The notes below the pieces were generated by a model, which had not been told where the DNA came from, did no database searches, and saw only the letters and a list, made by a program, of their open reading frames with translations. Made by a program: the position numbers and the translations under genes. A stretch of DNA of 41,326 nucleotides from a virus (Duplodnaviria; Heunggongvirae; Uroviricota; Caudoviricetes), in the IMG/VR virus record IMGVR_UViG_2718218397_000001, one strand, 5' to 3'. Within the stretch, counting starts at the first letter, position 1; every line of letters starts with the position of its first letter. Positions 1-8,487 of the stretch are shown piece by piece.

Positions 1-1248
1 ATGGCACTGAATATTCCATTCAGAAATGCGTACTATCGTTTTGCATCCAGTTACTCATTTCTCTTTTTTATTTCCTGGTCGCTGTGGTGGTCGTTATACG
101 CTATTTGGCTGAAAGGACATCTAGGGTTGACAGGGACGGAATTAGGTACACTTTATTCGGTCAACCAGTTTACCAGCATTCTATTTATGATGTTCTACGG
201 CATCGTTCAGGATAAACTCGGTCTGAAGAAACCGCTCATCTGGTGTATGAGTTTCATCCTGGTCTTGACCGGACCGTTTATGATTTACGTTTATGAACCG
301 TTACTGCAAAGCAATTTTTCTGTAGGTCTAATTCTGGGGGCGCTATTTTTTGGCTTGGGGTATCTGGCGGGATGCGGTTTGCTTGATAGCTTCACCGAAA
401 AAATGGCGCGAAATTTTCATTTCGAATATGGAACAGCGCGCGCCTGGGGATCTTTTGGCTATGCTATTGGCGCGTTCTTTGCCGGCATATTTTTTAGTAT
501 CAGTCCCCATATCAACTTCTGGTTGGTCTCGCTATTTGGCGCTGTATTTATGATGATCAACATGCGTTTTAAAGATAAGGATCACCAGTGCGTAGCGGCA
601 GATGCGGGAGGGGTAAAAAAAGAGGATTTTATCGCAGTTTTCAAGGATCGAAACTTCTGGGTTTTCGTCATATTTATTGTGGGGACGTGGTCTTTCTATA
701 ACATTTTTGATCAACAACTTTTTCCTGTCTTTTATGCAGGTTTATTCGAATCACACGATGTAGGAACGCGCCTGTATGGTTATCTCAACTCATTCCAGGT
801 GGTACTCGAAGCGCTGTGCATGGCGATTATTCCTTTCTTTGTGAATCGGGTAGGGCCAAAAAATGCATTACTTATCGGAGTTGTGATTATGGCGTTGCGT
901 ATCCTTTCCTGCGCGCTGTTCGTTAACCCCTGGATTATTTCATTAGTGAAGTTGTTACATGCCATTGAGGTTCCACTTTGTGTCATATCCGTCTTCAAAT
1001 ACAGCGTGGCAAACTTTGATAAGCGCCTGTCGTCGACGATCTTTCTGATTGGTTTTCAAATTGCCAGTTCGCTTGGGATTGTGCTGCTTTCAACGCCGAC
1101 TGGGATACTCTTTGACCACGCAGGCTACCAGACAGTTTTCTTCGCAATTTCGGGTATTGTCTGCCTGATGTTGCTATTTGGCATTTTCTTCTTGAGTAAA
1201 AAACGCGAGCAAATAGTTATGGAAACGCCTGTACCTTCAGCAATATAG
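1..1248 (+). CDS. cscB: LacY-family oligosaccharide/H+ symporter, sucrose permease-like (host gene)
   Basis: 415-aa ORF, multi-pass hydrophobic profile, LacY-like motifs; I recall this sequence as CscB, and csc loci are known to sit next to argW. Confidence 0.75.
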   Translation: MALNIPFRNAYYRFASSYSFLFFISWSLWWSLYAIWLKGHLGLTGTELGTLYSVNQFTSILFMMFYGIVQDKLGLKKPLIWCMSFILVLTGPFMIYVYEPLLQSNFSVGLILGALFFGLGYLAGCGLLDSFTEKMARNFHFEYGTARAWGSFGYAIGAFFAGIFFSISPHINFWLVSLFGAVFMMINMRFKDKDHQCVAADAGGVKKEDFIAVFKDRNFWVFVIFIVGTWSFYNIFDQQLFPVFYAGLFESHDVGTRLYGYLNSFQVVLEALCMAIIPFFVNRVGPKNALLIGVVIMALRILSCALFVNPWIISLVKLLHAIEVPLCVISVFKYSVANFDKRLSSTIFLIGFQIASSLGIVLLSTPTGILFDHAGYQTVFFAISGIVCLMLLFGIFFLSKKREQIVMETPVPSAI

Positions 1249-1689
1249 ACGTAAACTTTTTCCGGTTGTTGTCGATAGCTCTATATCCCTCAACCGGAAA
1301 ATAATAATAGTAAAATGCTTAGCCCTGCTAATAATCGCCTAATCCAAACGCCTCATTCATGTTCTGGTACAGTCGCTCAAATGTACTTCAGATGCGCGGT
1401 TCGCTGATTTCCAGGACATTGTCGTCATTCAGTGACCTGTCCCGTGTATCACGGTCCTGCGAATTCATCAAGGAATGCATTGCGGAGTGAAGTATCGAGT
1501 CACGCCATATTTCGCTATCAGGATTCTGTGTGATGGTTACATCGCCCGGCCCAGGGCTGTTTAGTCATCAGCGCTTTCTGACAGTGCTGAGATTTCAACC
1601 TGTTGCAGTAAAAATGAGTAGATATAAGGCAAGTGTGCTGCCAAACCCATCTTTTACGGGGTGAAGGTAGATTTCGTTTGAAGGGTATC

Positions 1690-1704
1690 TGGTGTCCCCT
1701 GCAG
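1690..1704 (-). other. Prophage attachment core: 15-nt copy of the 3' end of tRNA-Arg (argW), reverse complement CTGCAGGGGACACCA
   Basis: Plus strand reads tggtgtcccctgcag; the tRNA-like sequence breaks immediately to the right, where phage DNA begins. Confidence 0.55.
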
Positions 1705-1777
1705 ACATCTACTTGACGAGGCAGGGGATTGATTAGAATGGTGTTTTTTAGATGTGAGAAATATTTTACCCGCTATT

Positions 1778-1978
1778 TTACCCATTGGCGCGGCTTAAAA
1801 GCTTATTTTTGAATTCACAATGGTCACGATATAACCATCTTGCTCGTCCGTGGATAACTTTGGCTTTAGGCAGGTCTCCGGACTTAATCCGGTCATAGAT
1901 GAAGGTTTTACCAAAGCCAGTATCAGCCATGATGAATTTCAAATCAACCAGTGAATCAGGCTGTAGTTCGTGTTGCAT
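1778..1978 (-). CDS. AlpA-like excisionase / DNA-binding regulator
   Basis: 66-aa ORF, small HTH-type protein adjacent to att core; resembles the AlpA/Xis family. Confidence 0.55.
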   Translation of the reverse strand: MQHELQPDSLVDLKFIMADTGFGKTFIYDRIKSGDLPKAKVIHGRARWLYRDHCEFKNKLLSRANG

Positions 1979-2023
1979 GAGTGCTATCTCCGAATAGGGA
2001 ATCGAACCTGCAAATCAGGTAAT

Positions 2024-2043
2024 AAAAAACCGCCATCAGGCGG
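2024..2043 (-). terminator. Putative intrinsic terminator (minus strand)
   Basis: ccgcc-atca-ggcgg hairpin followed on the minus strand by a T-run (plus aaaaaa). Confidence 0.4.
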
Positions 2044-2203
2044 CTTGGTGTTCTTTCAGTTCTTCAATTCGAATATTGGTTACGTCTGCATTCGCTATCT
2101 GCGCCCATATCATCCAGTGGTTATAGCAGTCGTTGATGTCCTCTGCTTCGATAACCCTGTCGAATGGCTCTCCATTCCATTCACCTGTGACTCGGAAGTG
2201 CAT
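2036..2203 (-). CDS. Hypothetical small protein (55 aa)
   Basis: ATG-initiated ORF read by hand, ends in the terminator hairpin; not in the ORF track (below 60 aa). Confidence 0.3.
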   Translation of the reverse strand: MHFRVTGEWNGEPFDRVIEAEDINDCYNHWMIWAQIANADVTNIRIEELKEHQAA

Positions 2204-2361
2204 TTATCATCTCCATAAAACAAAACTCGCCGTAGCGAGTTCAGATAAAAGAAATCCCCGCGAGTGCGAGGAATGTTATTGTCTTTTCTTCGTGCATTTG
2301 TCGCACTTTCGGCACCATCCAGATAGGCACATCCGTCCGCAATTAACACATATAGGCCACA

Positions 2362-2640
2362 TCATTTTTCCTCTTTTGGTTTATGAATCTGAATGGTCAT
2401 GCCGCTTTGAGTGGTGACTACAATGACAGAACCAGGCTGAAGACTGTTAAGATTGAATGCTTCGTAAAACGAATCCAATGCCAGTGCTTTTTTATTCTTT
2501 CGGTTCCACCAACGCCATCCCCTGCTACAGGCCATGTTGACAATCCACTGCCCACTCCTGTAAGCCATATAAAACCAGATAAGCAAAACCTGAAGGAATG
2601 CTATCCAGTCAATGATCGTATATTTCGCGAAGGAGTCCAT
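2362..2640 (-). CDS. Hypothetical small membrane protein
   Basis: ORF 2362..2691; internal Met at 2640 overlaps the stop of the upstream gene; hydrophobic segment IIDWIAFLQVLLIWFYMAY. Confidence 0.4.
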   Translation of the reverse strand: MDSFAKYTIIDWIAFLQVLLIWFYMAYRSGQWIVNMACSRGWRWWNRKNKKALALDSFYEAFNLNSLQPGSVIVVTTQSGMTIQIHKPKEEK

Positions 2641-2852
2641 CACTTCACCTCCTGCGCCGTTTTGATGATTGCTGCCAGACAATTCTTGCAAGGAACAAGC
2701 AGCGTTCCCTGCTCAATGCTCAATAGCGCATGCTGAGCATCCTGAAAAAGCCATTCGAATGACCCTGGCCGATGACCGCACCATGTCTCAATCTCGTGCT
2801 TAGGGAGTTTAACTCCCTCTCGATAGTCATATTTGATGATGTGCTTGCTCAC
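2640..2852 (-). CDS. Hypothetical protein (70 aa)
   Basis: ORF in the early-left gene string, overlapping neighbours in the usual phage manner. Confidence 0.4.
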   Translation of the reverse strand: MSKHIIKYDYREGVKLPKHEIETWCGHRPGSFEWLFQDAQHALLSIEQGTLLVPCKNCLAAIIKTAQEVK

Positions 2853-3376
2853 GACTTCACCTCCTGTTTCGGCGCTGCTGGCATTTCACGCCAGTGCGTA
2901 ACTGAGTGCGGATCCGGATATTCGGTGCCATCATCCCAGCGATTGCCATTCCACATTGCAGACCACATCTCACCGTCTTCATACATGACCATTACCGGAA
3001 TTAACTTATCTGGCATTCGCTCACTACAGCTTATCCAACCATCCGGAGTTACCGGCACTGGCTGGGCGGTATAAAGCGGTGTTATATCTGCCCGAAAATT
3101 ACATGCTTTATGCATCCGCACCCACCGTTCGACTTCTGCTTTGTCAGGATACATGCCAGTGAACGTGTTATATTCACGGTCAATTTGCGTGAAGGTTACC
3201 TTCCACGCCACCGGCTCTGCTTCCAGAGATGCCAGTGCAATTCGTGCCAGTTCCATTTGTTCGCCACGAGTAAGTCCGTTATCAAGCGGATTTTTAATGA
3301 ATAATTTGATACGTTCTTTGGTTATAGCGCTCATATCACTCTCCTTTGATGCGAATGCCAGTAGCGCGGATTGCAT
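2849..3376 (-). CDS. DUF551-like phage protein
   Basis: 175-aa ORF with a Trp-rich C-terminus (MWSAMWNGNRWDDGTEYPD) that I read as DUF551-like. Confidence 0.5.
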   Translation of the reverse strand: MQSALLAFASKESDMSAITKERIKLFIKNPLDNGLTRGEQMELARIALASLEAEPVAWKVTFTQIDREYNTFTGMYPDKAEVERWVRMHKACNFRADITPLYTAQPVPVTPDGWISCSERMPDKLIPVMVMYEDGEMWSAMWNGNRWDDGTEYPDPHSVTHWREMPAAPKQEVKS

Positions 3377-3743
3377 CGATGACTTCAGAAACTTTGTATG
3401 CCATTACCGTTTGGTAATCATCGTGAAAATCTGTTCGATGAAGCATGCTGCTACGTTCCGGGAGCAGTATTTCCCGCGCTTTCAGTTCTGCAATGCGCTT
3501 TTTTGCTGCTTCCAGTTCATCCAGTAATTCCAGCACGGTAGCCGGATTAGCCTTGGCAACAAAATCCCGGACTTGCTTACAATCAATCTCCGCAATGGGT
3601 TGATACGATGTGTAGCCATGCTGTCTTGTATAACTACCGTGACGAATAACGAAAAAATCACCATTTATTTTTTTAGCCTGCCACTTATCTTCACCGGCTT
3701 TCTCTGCCGCTTCACGCAGTGCCTGATAGTTAATTTCGCTCAC
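3336..3743 (-). CDS. Ead/Ea22-like phage protein
   Basis: 135-aa ORF with coiled-coil C-terminus (ELLDELEAAKKRIAELKAR) typical of ead/Ea22 family. Confidence 0.45.
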   Translation of the reverse strand: MSEINYQALREAAEKAGEDKWQAKKINGDFFVIRHGSYTRQHGYTSYQPIAEIDCKQVRDFVAKANPATVLELLDELEAAKKRIAELKAREILLPERSSMLHRTDFHDDYQTVMAYKVSEVIDAIRATGIRIKGE

Positions 3744-4047
3744 TGGCTGCCTCCTTTGCTGGGCTTTCTAACTTCTGAGTGGTTGTATCAAACTCAAACA
3801 ACTTAACCACGTCATCAAACAGGACATAATCGCCATCAGAATCTTCAGTCATGTCAGCGCCACAATCCTGACCGAACGAGTCACAACCATCCATATCAAG
3901 CTCGTATCGCTTGAGTTTTGCGATATTTGATAAATTCAGCGCCAGTACAGCAAGGTCATAAACCTCATCAGCGGTATACCCGGCACCATGCCCATACATT
4001 TCAATACGGGATATGATTTCTTCTACACGTTGTTTTGTGATCGTCAT
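3730..4047 (-). CDS. Hypothetical acidic phage protein
   Basis: 105-aa ORF in the early-left string. Confidence 0.4.
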   Translation of the reverse strand: MTITKQRVEEIISRIEMYGHGAGYTADEVYDLAVLALNLSNIAKLKRYELDMDGCDSFGQDCGADMTEDSDGDYVLFDDVVKLFEFDTTTQKLESPAKEAASERN

Positions 4048-4049
4048 TT

Positions 4050-4568
4050 TTACTCACCTTCCTGTTCTTCCAGAAAAATACGCATAGCCTCAAGCATCTC
4101 TTCGGTGTCATACGGTGACAACTTGTCACGCAGGATGTGTTCAATGCTGTTAATGAACTTGCGGATTGCTTTGCGTTCAATTTCAGCAAGGAATGCGTCG
4201 GTGGCCGGGGTTTTGATTTCGTTAAGTGCATCACTGAATCCACCTCTCTCCATACCTAGCTCTGCTTCGTAATCGGCATCGAATGCAGCGTCTTTGCAGA
4301 ACTTCTTCAGCTTTGCATTCTCCGCTGCCAGCGCCGAAAACTTCTCGTGTGCCAACTTAACAGCCGAATCAGCCTGCTTAATTGATTCAATCGCTTTCTG
4401 TTGGTCTTCGGACAGAGCTGAAATCTTGGCCTCCGCTTCAGCAAATTTACGCACAAGATATTCAGCGTTTGTTTCGTTAACCTTTAAATCACATGGGATG
4501 CATTTACCTTTCAGAAATCCATCCATCTCAATTAGTGTCATTTGTTTCATTTTTTCCCACTCCGCCAC
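4050..4568 (-). CDS. Ead/Ea22-like coiled-coil phage protein
   Basis: 172-aa ORF, long Ala/Glu/Lys-rich helical region. Confidence 0.45.
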   Translation of the reverse strand: MAEWEKMKQMTLIEMDGFLKGKCIPCDLKVNETNAEYLVRKFAEAEAKISALSEDQQKAIESIKQADSAVKLAHEKFSALAAENAKLKKFCKDAAFDADYEAELGMERGGFSDALNEIKTPATDAFLAEIERKAIRKFINSIEHILRDKLSPYDTEEMLEAMRIFLEEQEGE

Positions 4569-4711
4569 ATCGCATTCAGATATTTGTTTTGATTCACTGA
4601 TGGAAAAGAATTTCTCTTAAGTAATTCTTCTCTCGATGGCATTGGCTTTACGCGTTGGCGAATAATCATTTCTGCCGGAAGAATGCCGGGATTGTATGCA
4701 AGCCCTCTCAT
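4544..4711 (-). CDS. Hypothetical small basic protein (55 aa)
   Basis: Hand-read ORF with ggagag SD and ATGA overlap with the upstream stop; not in ORF track. Confidence 0.3.
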
Positions 4712-4998
4712 GATTTACTCTCCACGAACTGGTCAATAGCCATGCTAAGTGACACACCTAAAGTCTCGATATGTTGCTGAATATCCTGTAGCGTCTGCGC
4801 CTGAGATAACAGGATTTCACGGTTGCATAACTCTTTAACCAGATGCTCAAACTTGCTGTAATAACCGATACGGCTTAGTGTTTCTTTCCCTGCATTCTCG
4901 CCTTCTTTGATAATTCCTCTTTCGCTAAGAATCAGATCGTGTTTTGTTCCGGTAATAACGTATTTTCCGAGGTCGATGTTTAGCTTCATTGTTTTCAT
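4708..4998 (-). CDS. Hypothetical protein (about 96 aa)
   Basis: ORF 4708..5151; likely start at the internal Met ([14 protein letters not shown]) preceded by a gagga SD. Confidence 0.4.
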   Translation of the reverse strand: MKTMKLNIDLGKYVITGTKHDLILSERGIIKEGENAGKETLSRIGYYSKFEHLVKELCNREILLSQAQTLQDIQQHIETLGVSLSMAIDQFVESKS

Positions 4999-5008
4999 TG
5001 TTAATTCC

Positions 5009-5305
5009 TCAGTCATTACTGATAGCGCCATAGCGTGAGCGGTAATTACGCAGGCGCGGGTCGATATATTCAGGGAAGTGGGTATATGTGGCTTTGCGGA
5101 ATGGTCGGATTGATGTCTGGTAAATTCGCTCTCGTTCTTCTTTCTCTGCAAGCCATATACAGTGGCGAAATTCCTTTTCCTCTTTCGTTTCCTGCGGTAG
5201 CGACATTATCAGGTCGTAGTTTTTTCTGAATTTATCCAGCACCTCCGATACGGAATTGCCGGAACAGCGGCGCGGGTCATCCGCACCATACAGAGGCGCT
5301 GGCAT
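5009..5305 (-). CDS. Hypothetical protein (98 aa)
   Basis: ORF with aggaga SD directly downstream of the exonuclease gene. Confidence 0.45.
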   Translation of the reverse strand: MPAPLYGADDPRRCSGNSVSEVLDKFRKNYDLIMSLPQETKEEKEFRHCIWLAEKEERERIYQTSIRPFRKATYTHFPEYIDPRLRNYRSRYGAISND

Positions 5306-5321
5306 ATTTTTCTCCTGTTGA

Positions 5322-5870
5322 TTATTTAGCTAATTTTTTCCAGATCGCTGAAACGTATTTGGCTTGGTGGATGGCATCATCAAGCGCGTTGTGGCGAGTT
5401 CCTTTGAATGGCATATCTCGCTTAGGATCGAATCCTATTACCTTCCCAAGTTCGACGATTGTTCTTACGTCGCGGTCATTCCACCACTGCCACGGAACTG
5501 GCTGCCCTGTCAGCGAATAACTGTTGCGGAGAATAACGCAGTCAAATGATGCTCCATTCCCCCAAACCTGAACGAATTTGTGGTTAGCGTTCTTTATGAT
5601 GAATTCAGATAACCATGAAAGAGCCGTTGAAAGCTCCTGAGTGTTGCTGGTTAGCGATTTTCTGGCTTCTTCACTCTGTTCCATCCACCATAAAATCGTT
5701 GAAGCGTCAGGACGCGCTCGATATCGCATTGATGATTCAAGCGAGATATTTACCGAGAACTCTTCTCCTGTTTCTCCGGTATTCGGGTCAAAGAATACCG
5801 CCCCAATAGAAATAACAGGCGCGTATGGCCCGTTGCCCATTGTTTCAAGGTCAACCATTAAGTGATTCAT
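5322..5870 (-). CDS. DnaQ-like 3'-5' exonuclease (recombination module)
   Basis: 182-aa ORF starting MNHLMVDLETMGN (DEDD exonuclease motif I-like), next to SSB and annealase. Confidence 0.7.
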   Translation of the reverse strand: MNHLMVDLETMGNGPYAPVISIGAVFFDPNTGETGEEFSVNISLESSMRYRARPDASTILWWMEQSEEARKSLTSNTQELSTALSWLSEFIIKNANHKFVQVWGNGASFDCVILRNSYSLTGQPVPWQWWNDRDVRTIVELGKVIGFDPKRDMPFKGTRHNALDDAIHQAKYVSAIWKKLAK

Positions 5871-5878
5871 GTAAGTCC

Positions 5879-6394
5879 TTAAATTGCGTGAATAGCGTGA
5901 CGAGGGAAGGGGAGAGTTACTGGTGCAAAGGGTATATCGTCGTCAAAATCCATAGGTGGTTCGCTGTGATTCCCTTGCTGCTGAGGTTGCTGTCTTTGTT
6001 GCTGACCGTTATTTCGCTGAGGTGAAGACTGTTCATTGCCTCCTTGCTTGCCACCAATCATTTGCATAGTTCCACCAACGCCCACGATGACTTCAGTAGT
6101 GAACCGATCCTGTCCGCTTTGATCCTGCCATTTTCTTGTCCGCAATTTGCCTTCAAGATAAACCTCAGAGCCTTTTCGCAGATATTCGCTGGCAATTTCT
6201 GCCAGTTTCCCGCTCATTACCACGCGGTGCCACTCCGTCTGCTCCTTTTGCTCTCCAGTTTGCTTATCACGCCATTGTTCTGACGTAGCAACTGTAAGGT
6301 TTGCAAATGCCGTTCCTGATGGTGAATATCTGATTTCTGGATCATGCCCAAGGCGACCAATAATGATCACCTTATTTACGCCTCTGCTTGCCAT
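5879..6394 (-). CDS. ssb: Single-stranded DNA-binding protein with 15-aa extension after the DDDIPF tail
   Basis: Strong similarity to E. coli SSB along the OB fold and acidic tail; ORF continues past DIPF as [15 protein letters not shown]. Confidence 0.85.
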   Translation of the reverse strand: MASRGVNKVIIIGRLGHDPEIRYSPSGTAFANLTVATSEQWRDKQTGEQKEQTEWHRVVMSGKLAEIASEYLRKGSEVYLEGKLRTRKWQDQSGQDRFTTEVIVGVGGTMQMIGGKQGGNEQSSPQRNNGQQQRQQPQQQGNHSEPPMDFDDDIPFAPVTLPFPRHAIHAI

Positions 6395-7102
6395 TTATGC
6401 CGCCTGTTTTAGCTCGTTAACTCTGATGTTCATTACCTGAACGCATTTAGCCTGCGCCTCCTCGTTTCCAGCCATTAATTGCCAGTCACGCTGATAACGC
6501 TCGATGAGTTTTTTCTTATCAGTTTCTTTCGATGCATAATCGCTGAAGTCTTTCAGGATTTGTTCGCAGTCAACCGATGGAGATTTCTGGTTGGTATTTT
6601 CTGGTGATGGTTTGTTATCTGATGCTGGGATTGCCCAGCCGGGCAGCGTTGGAGGGAGCCAGTAAAACCCTGTTCCATCCTTCAGTTTTGCCCTGTGCCA
6701 CCCCTGCTTTTTATCGAGAGATGTTTGTGCGAAACCTTCCTCAAGGTTATACAGATACCGACCGATTCCCCATTGAACGGCAGCGCGCTTCATTGCACCG
6801 GAACGACCACCTTTGACGGCTTCTACTTGCGTGTTTTCAGCAGCATCCCATTTGGTTACCCATTCGGAATCAATCTTGATTGATATGCCGCATTCAACTC
6901 CGCCGTTGTTGGGAATATCGCGGTATTCATTGCGCCATCCTGCTTTGCCGCAAACATCGTCCAGGCGTTTCATGATTGCCCTGTTCGTGACATAAGCCAG
7001 CACCATAGCCCACACTTTTCCATCGCGTGTTTTACCGCTTTGCTGTATTCGCCATTCGATATCTTCAGGGCTGAATGGCTCATCGAATTTATTCAAATCC
7101 AT
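6395..7102 (-). CDS. Rad52/Sak-like single-strand annealing protein
   Basis: 235-aa ORF with KGGRSGAMKRAAVQWGIGRYLY motif, positioned where lambda carries bet. Confidence 0.6.
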   Translation of the reverse strand: MDLNKFDEPFSPEDIEWRIQQSGKTRDGKVWAMVLAYVTNRAIMKRLDDVCGKAGWRNEYRDIPNNGGVECGISIKIDSEWVTKWDAAENTQVEAVKGGRSGAMKRAAVQWGIGRYLYNLEEGFAQTSLDKKQGWHRAKLKDGTGFYWLPPTLPGWAIPASDNKPSPENTNQKSPSVDCEQILKDFSDYASKETDKKKLIERYQRDWQLMAGNEEAQAKCVQVMNIRVNELKQAA

Positions 7103-7201
7103 AATTCACCTCAGAATGGACATGGCCCAAGGAAATAACGCTGGTTTAATACTTCGACTCTGGACAAATTAAGGCATACCCGCATTCCTTCGCGGTCACC
7201 A

Positions 7202-7360
7202 TTATGGCGATACCAGAGAGCTTTCTGCGTGTACATGCGTCTCTGTAACTTGCTCTCCTTCACTGTGGTTGCAAGTGGCATGAATATCTCCTTCGTTACC
7301 GATTAATTCTTTCATCTGACGAATGAATTCTTCGTCTGACCAGTTATCTGTAAAACTCAT
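7202..7360 (-). CDS. Hypothetical small acidic protein (52 aa)
   Basis: Hand-read ORF with ATGA overlap to the kil stop; occupies the lambda gam position. Confidence 0.35.
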   Translation of the reverse strand: MSFTDNWSDEEFIRQMKELIGNEGDIHATCNHSEGEQVTETHVHAESSLVSP

Positions 7361-7509
7361 TTCCTGCGATACCACGGAAGGTTGATAGCTGATTTCATCG
7401 CTTTATTTGCTTCAAGCCACATTTTTGAATCACCAATAAATCTGGCTATTACTGCTTTGTTCTGTGCAGCACGAAGCATCTGGTGATTAATGGCTATTTC
7501 ATTGCGCAT
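7357..7509 (-). CDS. kil: Kil-like protein
   Basis: 50-aa hand-read ORF; IARFIGDSKMW resembles lambda Kil IATFIGDEKMF; sits next to cIII. Confidence 0.55.
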   Translation of the reverse strand: MRNEIAINHQMLRAAQNKAVIARFIGDSKMWLEANKAMKSAINLPWYRRK

Positions 7510-7628
7510 AACGCCTCCAGTTGTTTCTTTGCTGCTCTGATTAATTGTTTAACTCGGCGTGATAATTCAGATTCGTGCGGGTAGAAAGCGGACATGACGC
7601 CGCTACCCGCGAGCTGAAAGTGCATCAT
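7494..7628 (-). CDS. cIII: cIII-like protease inhibitor
   Basis: 44-aa product MMHFQLAGSGVMSAFYPHESELSRRVKQLIRAAKKQL resembles lambda/P22 CIII; aaggag SD. Confidence 0.65.
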   Translation of the reverse strand: MMHFQLAGSGVMSAFYPHESELSRRVKQLIRAAKKQLEALCAMK

Positions 7629-7694
7629 GGGTAACTCCTTATATTTGATTGCATAACGAAAACGCCTCGAGTGAAGCGTTATTGGTATGCATAT

Positions 7695-7718
7695 AAAAAA
7701 GCCCTCACACTGGAGGGC
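7695..7718 (-). terminator. Intrinsic terminator (tL1-like) upstream of cIII
   Basis: gccctc-acactg-gagggc hairpin followed on the minus strand by a T-run. Confidence 0.55.
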
Positions 7719-7852
7719 AAAGAAGATTTCCAATAATCAGAACAAGTCGGCTCCTGTTTAGTTACGAGCGACATTGCTCCGTGTATTCACTCGTTGGAAT
7801 GAATACACAGTGCAGTGTTTATTCTGTTGTTTATGTCAAAAATAAAGGTCGA

Positions 7853-8311
7853 CTATGCGGCCTCGGAAGGAAGTCCAATCATCTTATTCAAATCTTCTAC
7901 CCGTAAAGCAGGAAGTGCTGTACTTGCTTTATCTGCTTCTTTTGGTAGCAATTCTTTGCTTTCAGGCCAAACCTCAATAAGTCGCTTAACTGTTGTGACT
8001 GAGTTCAAAGCAGCCCATACATTTGATTCGATATCCTTTTTCTTGGCTTCAAGTTTTTGTTGCAATGCGCAGATTTCATCAAACCTTTTTGTTATTTCGT
8101 GTTCTGCGCTAAACATGCATTTATCTTTGTTCGGAGTAGGGAGCAATATATCTTCGCCGTTGCCGTCTTTCCCATATGAAAGCCATCCAACCCTTCTGCC
8201 AGATACAGTCAGATAAATTGAAGTAGAACGAACATCGTATGAGTAAAATGAACATCCAATCTTTCCAAGTTCTTCACTTATAGCTACCAACTTGGATGAT
8301 AACTGATCCAC
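7853..8311 (-). CDS. Hypothetical accessory protein in the N-proximal slot; frame continues upstream through an in-frame TAA to an SD+ATG at 8476
   Basis: 152-aa ORF from GTG; the upstream 12 codons (MSSIRLTTRMKE) in the same frame end at TAA 8438..8440. Confidence 0.45.
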   Translation of the reverse strand: MDQLSSKLVAISEELGKIGCSFYSYDVRSTSIYLTVSGRRVGWLSYGKDGNGEDILLPTPNKDKCMFSAEHEITKRFDEICALQQKLEAKKKDIESNVWAALNSVTTVKRLIEVWPESKELLPKEADKASTALPALRVEDLNKMIGLPSEAA

Positions 8312-8487
8312 TTCCTCAGTTTTCTTTTTACCGCCAAACGCAATAACTCTGGCGTCAAGTGCAAGCTGGTTCTTTAACTTTGTTACTTCTTCAAGTTCAG
8401 TGAAAACCCCAGACTTAATTAAAGCGTTACGAGCGATTTACTCTTTCATTCTCGTAGTTAAGCGGATTGATGACATATTAATTCCTC

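Noticed and set aside
1249-1689. Host-side intergenic region between cscB and the att core, examined for genes or an intact tRNA
   Set aside because: No ORF of 60 aa or more and no complete tRNA cloverleaf; only a post-cscB hairpin and the 15-nt tRNA 3'-end duplicate.
2110-2417. Overlapping ORFs 2110..2349 (-) and 2133..2417 (+) near the xis-proximal end
   Set aside because: Mutually overlapping with low-complexity translations; the hand-read 55-aa ORF ending at the terminator is the more plausible reading, itself with low confidence.
7815-8216. Plus-strand 133-aa ORF antisense to the early-left operon
   Set aside because: Ser/Leu-rich low-complexity translation typical of the antisense of a Lys/Glu-rich gene, no SD, wrong orientation; the minus-strand ORF is preferred. 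Caveat: lambda sieB may be encoded on this strand in the equivalent region, so this is not excluded.
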